From the NCBI RefSeq assembly GCF_006345805.1, contig NC_043017.1, positions 3,472,001 to 3,536,000 of the forward strand: 64,000 bases of DNA. Direction: 5' to 3'. The DNA is from Octopus sinensis (taxonomy: Eukaryota). The translations under genes and the position numbers were made by a program. Positions within the stretch are counted from its first letter, which is position 1. Every line of letters begins with the position of its first letter. The notes under the pieces were generated by a model, which worked only from the letters and a program-made list of their open reading frames with translations, had not been told where the DNA came from and did no database searches. This document shows, piece by piece, positions 1 to 11,139 of the stretch.

Positions 1-558
1 AGACTCCAGGAGTTCCAGTGAACTCCTAATATAGGTATAAGGATCGCGATTTTGAAGGGAGTTAGGGTTAGTCGATATCCGTGACCCTGGTACTTGATCC
101 AATTATTTTATTGACCCAGGAGGTTATGTCAAACTCAGAGGGATTTGAATTCAGAATTTAAAGGGCCAGAAGAAATACCACAGACATTCTTTTCATGGCT
201 CTAATGATTCTGCCAGGGTATTTCATTTAGGAACAAAGCTAACAATTTTAGGGGTGAAGTGGGGTGGTGGGTGGGGGTTAGTTGACAGCATTTAGTTGCA
301 GTACTTGACTGGTACTTCATTTTATCAATCCTGGAAAAGTAAAGGTAACCTTGATAGGGCTTGAACTCAGAACATACAGACCAGGAACAGATACTTCAAA
401 ACATTTGCCATGTAATATGATTCTGCCAAAAAAATAAATAAAATAAAACAAAATAAAATTTAAAAAGTGGAATAAAACAAATTGAATGAAATTAGTTAAT
501 AAATAATGTAAGCAGTGAGTGGTTCAGTTTGAAATGCTGCACTGTGGCTTTCATCCAT

Positions 559-718
559 TCACCAGATACGTGTGTGGGAATAACCCCGTTTTATGAGTGA
601 ATGATATTTTGCCACATTGTTGAATAACGACCAAGGTACATTGTTATTAATTTCTCTGTTCGGGAATGAAGACTTGCGTTGGAAGCACTGTGATGAATCT
701 TGGTCTATTTGGGGCAAT
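559..718 (-). CDS. ATAT1: ATAT1 terminal coding exon (R-LPQIDQDSSQCFQRKSSFPNREINNNVPWSLFNNVAKYHSLIKRGYSHTRIW*)
   Basis: Acceptor ttttccttttgcag at 720-719. Phase 2 matches the donor at 7333. Stop TGA at 561-559. The HTRIW end resembles the human ATAT1 STRPW terminus (from memory). Confidence 0.8.
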
Positions 719-773
719 CTGCAAAAGGAAAACGAAACAACTTCGTCAGTCGAACAATTCACAGGTTTGGGTG

Positions 774-774
<1 letters not shown>

Positions 775-830
<56 letters not shown>
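775..830 (+). repeat. (ATT)n microsatellite
   Basis: Direct reading; source of the poly-I/poly-L ORFs in the track. Confidence 0.97.
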
Positions 831-833
<3 letters not shown>

Positions 834-929
834 GACAGAATTGAGATCTGAAAACCAAAGTGTCATGTAAAATGTACTGGTGGTGGTGGTGCAGTGTAAA
901 AAAAATCACTCAGTGCACTTCGAGGAGTT

Positions 930-1541
930 CCTTCTCCTTTTCAAGCCATGCCTGGCTCATAAGGGCCGGGTTTCCCGGTTTCCTTGGCGTATAGGTTCCC
1001 CACCTGGACGGGACGTCGATCCGTCGCAGGTGAGCTGCAAGATGCAGGAGGAAAGAGTGAGAGAAAGTTGTGGCGAAAGAGTCAGTAGAAGTTCGCCATT
1101 ACCTCCTGCCGGAGCCGCGTGGAGCTTAGGTGTTTCGCTCATAAACACACACATCGCCCGGTCTGAGATTTGAACCCGCAATCCCTCAACTGCGAGTCTG
1201 TTGCTCTAACCACTAGCCCATGTGCCTCCACTAAAAATGTCCCTTCTCGAGCCATGCCAGGCTCATAAGGGCCAGTTTCCCAGTTTCCGTGATATATAGG
1301 CCCCCCCCCCCCACTGGATGGGACGCTGGTCCGTGTCAGGTGAGCTGCAAGATGCAGGAGGAAAGAGTGAGAGAAACCTGTGACAAAAGAGTCAGCAGAA
1401 GTTCGCCATTACCTTCTGCCGGAGCTGCGTGGAGCTTAGGTGTTTCGCTCATAAAACACACACATCACCCAGTCTGAGATTTGAACCCGCAATCCCTCGA
1501 CCGTGAGGCCACTGCTCTAACCACTAGGCCATGTGCCTCCA
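930..1541 (-). mobile_element. Two head-to-tail tRNA-derived SINEs (family C, V-domain-like centre): 930-1231 and 1232-1541
   Basis: Pol III A/B-box-like head (TGGCTAGTGG...GGTTCAAATC on the minus strand). Same family as 43328-43630. Central CCTGCGACGGA..CGTCCCGTCCAGGT resembles the V-SINE domain (recalled). Confidence 0.8.
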
Positions 1542-1543
1542 AC

Positions 1544-1697
1544 TTTGAGGAGTGGTTGACATTAGGAAGAGCATCCAACTGTAGAAACCAAGCCAAAAAA
1601 GGCTATGGAACCTGGTGCGGCTCCTGACCTTGCCAGTTCATGTCAAGCTGTCCAACCCATGCCAACATGGAGAATGGACATTAAAGGTTGATGATGT
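1544..1697 (+). mobile_element. RTE-LINE-related 3' tail fragment (family D)
   Basis: GAGTGGTTG..AGGAAG.GCATCCA.CTGTAGAAAC...CCAACCCATGCCA.CATGGA ending in (GAT)n; recurs many times in the window. Confidence 0.7.
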
Positions 1698-2523
1698 TAA
1701 TTATTCAATTCTTTTTTTATTTTCTGATTAAGCACAAGGGTATTTTTTGTGGTTAAACAAATTCCAACAATAACTGCCCCACTGTTTCTTTTTCTCTTTC
1801 CCAAACATTAATAGTTGTAGTTCTTGTTGCTTGGTCCCCAGATCAGCCATAATTTCAGAAAACTTATTATCAAAGATGTTCCAGCTGTAACCACCCTTAC
1901 TTTTTCACACAAGGTGTGTCTTGGATTAGTAAGAATAATGGTAGAAGCTGTTTAGTTGGAGGGCAGTTCTGACCCAGCAGACCTATGATTAAAGACATCC
2001 AAATTCAGACTGTCCTATCTTTTTATCAAATAATATATTCTAACCAATGTTTCTTTCCTTTTTTAAGACACAAGCTGAGTTTTAAGGGATAATTAGCTGC
2101 ATCTTCTAACATGTCGAGTAGCAGCAGAAGTTTTTGTTAAACCAGATGTCAATTCTGATCAAAAAGTACACCACCGTGACCACCCTATATTTTATACAGA
2201 CACAGTCTATCTTGAACGACATTACCTGACGGGTGCATTCTTTTTGAAGAGGTTAGGGTGTGGACTGAGGGAGATCTAGCCGCTACTTCTAGCAGAGTGT
2301 GTGTGACTATGTAGAAGCTTTCTTGTTGGTTGGAATACTATTTGGATTATAAATAGTTAAAACAGAAAAGAAACAATCAGTTGAAGAACCAGTATATTAC
2401 TGGTATTTAATCTAATTCATCCCTGTGATTTAGATGAAGAACTGAAATTAAAGTAAAGAAAATTGATCCTCTCTTGGTTCCAATGCCAAGGGTAACAACC
2501 ATTTGATCATCAGAACTAGATAT

Positions 2524-2691
2524 AGGCACAGGAGTGGCAGTGTGGTAAGAAACTTGCTTTCCAACTACATGGTTCCAGGTTCAGTCCCACTGCATGGCAC
2601 CTTGGGCAAGTGTCTTCTACTATGGCTTCGGGCCAACCAAAGCCTTGTGAGTGCATTTGGCTGACAGAAACTAAAAGAAGCCTGTCATGTA

Positions 2692-2748
<57 letters not shown>

Positions 2749-2953
2749 GTGTCTGTGTTTCTCCCCGACCATTGCTTGACAATTGATGTTGGTATGTTTA
2801 TGTCCCTGTAGCTTAGTGGTTCGGCAAAAGAAACTGATAGGATAAGTACTAGGCTTACAAAGAATAAGTCCTGGGGTTGATTTGTTCGACTAAAGGCGGT
2901 GCTCCAGCATGGCCACAGCCATATGATTGAAACAAATAAAAGAATAAAAGAAT
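2524..2953 (+). mobile_element. tRNA-derived SINE family A, full length, internal (TA)n
   Basis: Head GGAGTGGC.GTGTGG, B-box GGTTCAGTCCC, tail GACTGAAACAAGTAAAAGA shared by more than 20 copies or fragments in the window. Confidence 0.85.
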
Positions 2954-3072
2954 AGCGGTATTAGTCCATGCAAAAGTCTGAAAAAGAAGTACAAACAAGC
3001 TGAGATGGTATATGAGAACGAAGATTTGAAATCCCTGTGCAAAATTGATTGCTGTGTGTTTCTGTCAAATAC

Positions 3073-3165
3073 CTTGAGGAATCATTTGTAAAATGCCAAT
3101 CCATGAAAAGTGGTGCAGAGAAACAAAAGGCAGAGAATAACTGCTTGACATGGTTACTTGATCTG
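3073..3165 (-). CDS. ATAT1: Candidate ATAT1 93-nt cassette exon (S-RSSNHVKQLFSAFCFSAPLFMDWHFTNDSS-R)
   Basis: Acceptor gtttttgtttttag (NAGNAG alternative at 3162), donor AAG|GTATTT. Phase 2/2, open in frame between exons 7333 and 718. No homology support. Confidence 0.4.
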
Positions 3166-3826
3166 CTAAAAACAAAAACCAAATCGCTCTTAAATAACTT
3201 TCTAGTTTATTTTATTTCAATTTTTTTTTTTAATAAGGTAGTCCTGGATACATTATACCTGTGTGAGGAAGAAAAATATTATCATGCAAGGAAATTGTGA
3301 AAGAGGGAGACTCAGGAAGAAATGGGACGAAATATTGAAGGCTGATCTCAGAACACTGAACCTTACAAAGGAGATGATTAGGGGCCATTTCATGTTGCTC
3401 CAGTTCACTCAGCTGTAGAAATGAGTTGCGACGTCATAGGTACCAAGCTGTATTGGCCTTTGTGTAGGAACAAACATACACACCATGACACATACACACA
3501 CATATATGAAGGGTTTCTTTCAGTTTCCATCTATCAAATCTACTCACAAGGCTTTGGGCAACCTGGGAGTATATTAGAAGACACCTCGCCTGTGGTGCCG
3601 TGCTGTGGGACTGAACCCGGAAGCATGTGGTTGGGAAGCAAACTACTTGCAACACAGCAATGCCTAAGAGGATTTTACAACATTTCTTAACTAAGATTTA
3701 GAGGTGTACCTTATACCTACAGTACACAAATAAATAAGACAGAGATATTAATTTCAATTAATTTTTGAAAATAATCAAGATATTTGGAGGGATTTAGAAA
3801 AGCAATCAAACATTTTTTTTGTTGTT

Positions 3827-3994
3827 GGCTGTGTGGTAAGTAGCTTGCTTACCAACCACATGGTTCTGGGTTCAGTCCCACTGCGTGGCACCTTGGGCAA
3901 GTGTCTTCTTCAATAGCCTCGGGTTGACGAAAGCCTTGTGATTGGATTTGGTAGATGGAAACTGAAAGAAGCCCATCGTATATGTGTATATATG

Positions 3995-4027
<33 letters not shown>

Positions 4028-4223
4028 TTGTACCCCCAACATCGCTTGACAACCAATGCTGGTGTGTTTATGTCCCCGTAACTTAGCAGTTCGGCAAAAG
4101 AGACCGATAGAATAAGTACTAGGCTTACAAAAGAATAAGCCCCGGGAGTTGATTTGCTCGACTAAAGGCGGTGCTCCAGCATGGCCACAGTCAAATGACT
4201 GAAACAAGTAAAAGAGTAAAGAG
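3827..4223 (+). mobile_element. SINE family A, near full length
   Basis: Matches other family A copies. Confidence 0.85.
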
Positions 4224-4427
4224 TATTACTACTGCTATTACAGCTACTACTATTACGTACACCATCTTCATTTATTGTTAGAGTACAGCAATCAATAACA
4301 GCTGTTACAATCATGTTCCCAACAAGTAGAACACACAGTACATCAGTGGTGCTTGACCATTTTTTTTTGTTTTACATTATTTTAATAATCATTGCTAGCT
4401 TTAACGGGTATAATATAATTACTACAA

Positions 4428-4650
4428 TACTGTAAATCCTTGAGTATAATCCGCATTTTTTCCCCAAAAATTTAAAGGTCAAAATCCCTAGTGCTTACTA
4501 TATACGAGGTTAAAAATGAAAAATATTTTCTAAGCAATGTCCGAGTTTCTATTTGCTGACTGGCAATGTTTATTCAGACACATTTTGTGATGTCAGGCGT
4601 GAAAATACCTTAAGCTAAACCTGAAAGCAGTGAAGTCATAAAAGAATCAT
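4428..4650 (+). mobile_element. Tigger/pogo-like DNA transposon left-end remnant
   Basis: TA followed by CTGTAAATCCTTGAGTATAATCCGCA, resembling pogo/Tigger TIRs; no right TIR found. Confidence 0.4.
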
Positions 4651-5259
4651 CCATAACTTGCAGTAAGCAACATTTATTAAACGTTATTACTGTTATTATT
4701 ATTAAGAATCACTGAACTACATGGTCACTAAACATGCTAGAAATAGCATCAAAATCTTCCTCAAATTGCATTGTACCATTTTACAATGCATAGATGAGCA
4801 AATTTTCTCAAGTACTGTGTATCACTTATCATCTTGACCCTTCGTCATCTCTTCTGCCAATTTCAGTGTCCTGAGATCAGGCTTCATCACTTTGGTATAT
4901 ATGTGTGTATGTATGCATATATGTGAGTATATAAGCATATACATGGGTGCATGTAATAATGTGATTATTGTATATGTTGATCAAGGGTGCTGCAGCTTGT
5001 AAGAAAAGGGTTAAAAGAGAAGACGGAAAACAAATCAGGCAAGAAAAGAAAGACAGCAATGACAGCTAAAAGCGCATGCACAGCACACAGAATAAAACAC
5101 GAAAGGCAGAAAAAAATGAACAGCAAAAGAGCCATTAGGGGGAAATGGCACATCAAGAGTAGTGTTGGCAAAATTTCAGGAAGTATGGAAATTTTGAAGG
5201 AAGCAGTGGTCTGACAGTTGGAGCCTAGCTGCAGGTATTTAAAGGGAAAAATTTGACAA

Positions 5260-5760
5260 GTCAGTCAGTCACTGACTGACACTCACTGACGATACATCGA
5301 AGAGGCCAGGGAACAGAAGAAAGAAGACATGCACCCAACACCAGAGCTGAAAACACCTCCGAAAGGGGGAGCCCTGCCACGTCAAAATGGTAGAGGAGTA
5401 GGGGCCGAAACCAGACGTGGTTCCTCCTGATGATGTATTGAGCTAACTGGATCCTATAAAGGAGCTGTTGTGGTAGCAGACCACGAAACACAGTTGTAAT
5501 TCCTCCTGATGTAAGTAGTTTATTCCATGCATCAACACTTCTGAGCATAAAATAAAAATGGTTCTGGGTGTCCAGGGATGGTAAAGATATGGAATTTAAA
5601 AGCATAGCCTAAGTAGTTGGAAAGATGGTGGATAATCCTGTGGGCTTCAGTCAAGTCAGCTGTTATATGTCAAAGGTTTAGTGTCAATGGCCAGAGAAGC
5701 AAGATGTTCAGGATATGGGAAGTGGCTGACTGAGTGCATTCATCCAGTTACATATCTGTG
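5260..5760 (-). mobile_element. CR1/L2-type LINE 3' fragment (degenerate)
   Basis: Broken frames give PYPEHLASL..DLTEAHRIIHHL..HFYFMLRSVDAWNKL, like the CR1/L2 ORF2 C-terminus (SYEERL..DLIE.YKI..FF..RVV..WN.LP). A (GACT)n-like tail lies at about 5260-5290. Confidence 0.7.
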
Positions 5761-6335
5761 GATAGCTTCCAGTAGATCAATATCTCCGGTGACCCTGAAT
5801 AGGGATGGAAACTGCTAAGTATTGATGTACCATAGCCATATTTAACTTTAAATAACCGGGGAATAACTAATGAAGGTCTTACTGAGTGATGCTAAGAGAA
5901 GAAGTGTTTGGCCATTTTTGGACAATTTCTAGAAATCAGCAAATGCTCATGGTTCAAAGGTTTTCTCAGATACATCATTAGCAATTACATCACATGTGGC
6001 AAATTCAGTGGCTTTCTCAATGCAGGCAGGTTTCTAAGCAAAGCATTTTGATATGATCCCTCACTGTGTAGTTCCGTATGTGTGTGTGTGTGTGTATAAA
6101 TTTGATTAGAGGTTGTGTTAACCTCATGAAGGGATGGTTTCATCCGAGGAAATACTGGTTCAATACTTAGTATTTTGGGGGAATTAATTTCTTTAAAATA
6201 ATAAGGCACATATATATATAGTTTATATTCATTTAAAAGAAGAAAAAGAAAATGGAGTTTGGGAAGATCGTTAATCTAAAATAAAATAATGATTTTATCA
6301 AGTGGTCAGCATGGAAAAGATAACATTCAAAAGTA

Positions 6336-6479
6336 ATAATTATTAAAATTATAAATTAGGGTATCTACGAGATACCACCATGCTGAAAATAGCAGCCATG
6401 GTGGTTTTTAGAATCAGATCATGGCTGCTATTTTCAGCATGGTGGTATCTTGTAGATACCCTAATTTATAATTTTAATA

Positions 6480-6484
<5 letters not shown>
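6336..6484. repeat. 65-bp near-perfect inverted repeat with 19-nt loop
   Basis: 6336-6400 is the reverse complement of 6420-6484 except G6369:T6451. Confidence 0.95.
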
Positions 6485-6517
<33 letters not shown>

Positions 6518-6519
6518 TA

Positions 6520-6685
6520 CATAGTGAGAATTTATAAAAAAACAAAAGACAAAGACGGGTATGTAAACAACAAGAATGTGTATTAGTTTAATGCTTGGGA
6601 AGTGAGAAAGTCTTTTACATTTCGAGCCTACGCTCTTTGACAGAAAGAAACACAGAAATAAACAGGGAGAGAAAATAAAAAAAGT
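6520..6685 (-). mobile_element. Penelope-like pLTR remnant between (TA)n tracts, with a degenerate minimal HHR-like motif
   Basis: Minus strand reads TCAAAGA-GCGTAGGCTC-GAAATGTA; core is non-canonical. Confidence 0.4.
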
Positions 6686-7332
6686 ATATATATATATACT
6701 GTCTCATAATATAATTAGAATTGTAGATGATTGATAATTCTTCACTTAATATTATAGACACATTGTAAAGATATCATAGGTAATTGGAGGTATTTAAATG
6801 AGTTTGTAATTGAACATTTCAGTAGACTTTAAAACAACACTATATACTCAGGCATTAAACGAAATAATCTTTACTTTATGTTGTGATGTTGACTCTTCTA
6901 TTTCTCAGTATATTTAATGGTCTAACTATGTCCATTTCTATAAACATCACATGTGAGAAAGTATATATATATATATATATATACAGCTTTCTGATGTAAT
7001 TTGGTGAAACATCAGCAACAAAACCCAATAAACTGGTTCTCTGGAAACAAAACAACAACAACAACAAAAACAACTCCAAAACAAATGGTGATATTTGTCC
7101 TGCTTTAACCTGAAATATATACAGATTCTGCTTTGCCACTCAATGCAGCGAACTGGTTATTGATCTGTAGCAATCCTGTAATCAATGAAGCTGTTATTCA
7201 CAGAAACACAATTTATAAAATAGAAAGATGAAATTAGTAAGGATAGCAAAAACTACTAAAACAAACGGAAGGCAACAGGAAAGCGTACTATTGTCGAAAC
7301 GACAAGAAAGCAAGTCAAACCATGACAAATAC

Positions 7333-7477
7333 CTAATTTTTGTAGAGTCCATATAAGGAAGCAATTTCGCATGCTGTCTTGGGTAGGATAACCTATTGGT
7401 GTACAAGCTAAGTGGGTCGACTTTTGTTAGCATCTTTGGGTTGAAGTTGGGATGGTCAGTGTCTCCAGCTAGATTGG
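7333..7477 (-). CDS. ATAT1: ATAT1 coding exon (A-NLAGDTDHPNFNPKMLTKVDPLSLYTNRLSYPRQHAKLLPYMDSTKI-R)
   Basis: Acceptor atcattgcag, donor AG|GTATTT, 145 nt. Phases 1 and 2 fit both neighbouring exons. Confidence 0.75.
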
Positions 7478-7906
7478 CTGCAATGATAACATCAACATCT
7501 CAACATCGAATGCAATCACATGCCGACAACATTGACAACAACAACACTGACATCACCAAGAAAAAAATGCAAACATCATCATCATCATCATCATCGTCAT
7601 TATAACTATCACCATCACTAGCTCCTCTGTCAATGTCAGTAAGCTAACCAGGTGGGGAAGAACTAGGTGTTTGCTTGACCTGCTAGAAACAGCAGTCATA
7701 CCTCTTTCTCTCAAAATATACCCAATGATCTTATAAAAAGGAAGGATGCTAAATAATGTAGTCCTACATATACTATGTCCTCTAAAAAGAGATGGTCATA
7801 GATGGAGCATCCCTGATGACAGGTACCTCATGTGCATGTTTTCTCTCATTGTGTTGAATTAACCAATAACTTATGAGTGAAATATGGCAGAAAGAAACTT
7901 TGTGAA

Positions 7907-8145
7907 GGCGGCGAGCTGACAGAAACGTTAGCATGCCAGGTGAAATGCTTAACGGTATTTCATCTGCCGTTATGTTCTGAGTTTAAAAATTCCTCCGAGG
8001 TCGACTTTGCCTTTCATCCTTTCGGGGGTCCATAAATTAAGTACCAGTTGTGTACTGGGGTTGATGTAATCGACTTAATCCCTTTGTATGTGCTTGTTTG
8101 TCCCCTCTATGTTAGGCTCCTTGTGGGCAATAAAGAAATAAGAAA
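7907..8145 (+). mobile_element. tRNA-derived SINE family B
   Basis: GGCGGCGAGCTG.CAGAAACGTTAGCA...GAGGTCGACTTTGCCTTTCATCCTTTCGGGG...AAGTACCAG; centre resembles the MetaSINE domain (recalled, unverified). Confidence 0.8.
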
Positions 8146-8947
8146 GAAACTTTGTGTGTACGTGTGTGCATGCGTGCGTGTGTGTGTGTTCATATACATG
8201 CATATATACTTCAATCTACTTTGGCCAGGCTCCGTCCTGGTCCTCGAAGACAAAGTCATCTCACCAAACATGGCTTTATGTATAAATATATATATGTATG
8301 TATGTATGTATGAATCGACCCTAATACTTTTTCTTTAAGCCATGTATTAACTCGACCAGTCTCTTGCCAAGTTGCAGGGATATAAAAAACACCCCCCAAC
8401 ACTGGTTGTCAAGTTGAGGCAGGGGACAAACACAGACGCAAAGGCCCACACACATGATAAACTTCTTTCAGTTCTCGTCAACCAAATCCACTCACAAGGC
8501 TTTGGTCAGCCCAAGGCTGTAGAAGAAGACACTTGCCCAAGGTGCCACAGAGTAGGACTGAACCTGGAACCACATGGTTGGGAACCAAACTTCTCATCTA
8601 GTTCTTGTTTAGCAACAGACCAACCCCTGGGGTAGCAAACATGACCCATAACATTCCAACAATGATTTATCCTACTTTACCCGACATTATATTAATGACT
8701 ACATTGACTGGTGTGTCCTTCCGTTTTCCATGATAGTAAAATGGGATCTCGAGAAGACTTGACTGCTATTTTTAACAGGTTAAGAATTTTCAGTGTTATC
8801 CTGAAGAAATATAAAATTAAGACTGCTTTGCTGGAATATGATGATGACAATGGTGATGGTGGTGATAATGATGAAGATAGTAACCATGATGGGGTGATGA
8901 CAATAGCATGAAGATGATAATGATGAAGATGATGTTGATAATGATAC

Positions 8948-9126
8948 CTCTTTGTGGTCCATTTGTTCTGTTGATTTTATTGCCAGCCTCTTCAGGTGGT
9001 GTCTTATGAGCTGAGCTGAGATATCTGCTGTGGTCGTCACCTAATGGTAAAGGAGTGGTCCGGTGTGGCTTCACTGTAGTTTGTGGAGTCCTGGTTTTAG
9101 TCGTATCGGCAATAGGATTGTAATGG
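8948..9126 (-). CDS. ATAT1: ATAT1 coding exon (S-HYNPIADTTKTRTPQTTVKPHRTTPLPLGDDHSRYLSSAHKTPPEEAGNKINRTNGPQR)
   Basis: Acceptor ctttgcag (in-frame alternative tttcag at 9150), donor AG|GTATCA, 179 nt, phases 2 and 1. Confidence 0.75.
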
Positions 9127-9320
9127 CTGCAAAGATGCCAAAGAATAGCACTGAAAATGTATGAACACACACACACATGGTGTACAAACATTCATGGGTA
9201 AAGACTATGAAATATTTAATCTAAATAGCAGCTGTCTTTAAATATTAAGGACTTTATAAGCTGAAATGAAAAAGAACAGGAAAAATTTAAGTTAAATATT
9301 TTCTCTATTATATTTTTTAA

Positions 9321-9542
9321 CTCTTTTGTTACCATATTTCTATTGAGATGCTCTGTGTTTGTTTCAATTGATTTTAAATATAACAAAGAACTTAGTAAAA
9401 TCACTTAGTTACCATTAAGCTAGTGTTAGGAACATAAATTGTGACTAAGGTTTGGTGGAAGATTTTAATTCAAAACTTATGAAAACAAGACATTTGTACT
9501 ACAGAGCCAGAGCCGGATTCAGCTGGGTTGGTAACGAAAGGG
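9321..9542 (+). mobile_element. piggyBac-type MITE (family E)
   Basis: TTAA at 9317-9320 and 9543-9546. TIRs CTCTTTTGTTACC / GGTAACGAAAGGG. Same family at 13856 and 32458. Confidence 0.85.
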
Positions 9543-9637
9543 TTAAGAGACATGAGATCCCTCCTTAGTTCAAAATACTTTCTAGTTATTGTTGTGTAGT
9601 TCCAAGTCAGCCTTGACTGAGTAAAGCAAGCACAAAC

Positions 9638-9717
9638 CTTTCTTTCAGAGAGGTCTTTGCTTCAGGAGGAGCTGGTTTTAAATTGGTTACAGAAAGAAGG
9701 TCTTTATCCTTTGGATA
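9638..9717 (-). CDS. ATAT1: ATAT1 coding exon (YPKDKDLLSVTNLKPAPPEAKTSLKE)
   Basis: Acceptor tctcttttatgtag, donor AG|GTTTGT, 80 nt. Phases 0 and 2 exactly bridge the flanking exons. Confidence 0.75.
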
Positions 9718-9961
9718 CTACATAAAAGAGAATGAGAAAGAGAATGAATGATTGTGAGTGTGTGTGTGTGTGAGAGAGAGAGAGATTTTTCTTTGCTGCA
9801 GAAACAACAAAAATAGATTACTATACAAAAAAAAAAGACTAATGATACAAAATAATGATAAACTTTTATACATCATACACTATACAAATATAAAAATATA
9901 TTTACTCATGAATGAATATATATATGCACATATATATATATACATACATACATATGTGTGT

Positions 9962-10001
<40 letters not shown>

Positions 10002-10382
10002 TAGTATTTGGAGCATAAGCTTATAGAAAATTTTGCTGGAAAGTTTAAATTAAGGTCACCTTAAAACAGGAAGTCTGTATCAGTCACAGAGCCTAGATGT
10101 ATCTATCTATACACAAACCATCTGTTCTTACATGGATTTTTCCCAGGCTAATATTACTTGGCTGAACACATCTTACTGAAGCCATTTTACAGCTGGATGC
10201 CTTTCCTGTCATTAACTGCTACCCGTTTTTCAATCAAAGCACCCAGCCCCACCCACCTTCTTTCTCTGTTACTATCATCTGTTACTCGTCAACGTCCATC
10301 AAGGAACCCACTGCTCCATCTCCCGGTGCTAACGAATACACTCAGTCACTCACAAATCAAAATAACAACAAACAAGTCTTAC

Positions 10383-10537
10383 ATCTTGCTGCTTGGTTAA
10401 CACTTGGGTATTCTCTGCTGATGCTTTTGAAATTGGTTCCCATTTCGCAGGAACCGTTTCCTTTTCATGCAAGTTTAGTCTGTTGATGGAAATTTGTGGT
10501 TCGGCATTTTTATTTGGGAGAATTTGCTCATGGTTAT
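10383..10537 (-). CDS. ATAT1: ATAT1 coding exon (D-NHEQILPNKNAEPQISINRLNLHEKETVPAKWEPISKASAENTQVLTKQQD)
   Basis: Strong polypyrimidine acceptor tttgtttctgtctag, donor GAT|GTAAGA, 155 nt, phases 1 and 0. Confidence 0.78.
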
Positions 10538-10776
10538 CTAGACAGAAACAAAAAAAAACAGAAAGAAAAGATAAGAAAATACAGATTTTTACACTTTTAC
10601 ACATTTGTATGTATATGCGTGTGTGTGTTTGTACAAGAGCCCACTGGTCTATTCAAAGATATGATGACTCCCCTAGGGCTGTTGTCATGATAAACCACAC
10701 CCAATACAGCCTGTAAATCTATTAACTGACCTAAATATTAGGAGAGTGCTATTTATGCAAATTGGATTTTCCAGTT

Positions 10777-10824
<48 letters not shown>

Positions 10825-11067
10825 GTGGATGGTGGTTTTACACTGTGGTTAAAGCACATGAATAAAAACACATATACTAACAAGGACCATAATTGTCTGA
10901 AAAGTGCCAGCCGAGTCACATTTTTAGTGACATTTGTAATTCTCCTTTTCGGTGAAACACTGCAAACTGCTGTTTATATCAATTTTATATATACACATTA
11001 GTGAATTGCTTATTTGGATGACAAAATCCTAAATACTAATGGCAAAGTGGGTCTGGAAAGCGCCAAA

Positions 11068-11139
11068 GCCAAGCCTGGCTTAACTGATGAAGCAATGGAA
11101 ATTGCTGAAACTGATGCATCAGTATTAAGCATTCTCGGT
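11068..11139 (+). ncRNA. Type I hammerhead ribozyme, copy 1
   Basis: Stem I GCTTAA/TTAAGC; core CTGATGA 11084-11090; stem II AGCAAT-GGAA-ATTGCT; GAAA 11107-11110; palindromic stem III ACTGATGCATCAGT; GUA cleavage after 11124; outer stem GCCAAG/CTCGGT. Confidence 0.92.

Noticed and set aside
617-851. Plus-strand ORFs ending in poly-I or poly-L, and similar homopolymeric or dipeptide ORFs throughout the track
   Set aside because: They are translations of (ATT)n, (TA)n, (CA)n, (CAC)n and (GGT)n microsatellites or antisense frames of real exons.
2516-2782. Recurrent ORFs containing EDTCPRCHAVGLNPEPCGW or METERSPSY
   Set aside because: Chance frames of SINE family A; the recurrence reflects repeat copies, not a gene family.
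6876-7109. Possible alternative ATAT1 exon from the acceptor at about 7109
   Set aside because: The frame runs into poly-Cys and (TA)n-derived sequence with no good donor; the 7333>718 join already gives a complete ORF.
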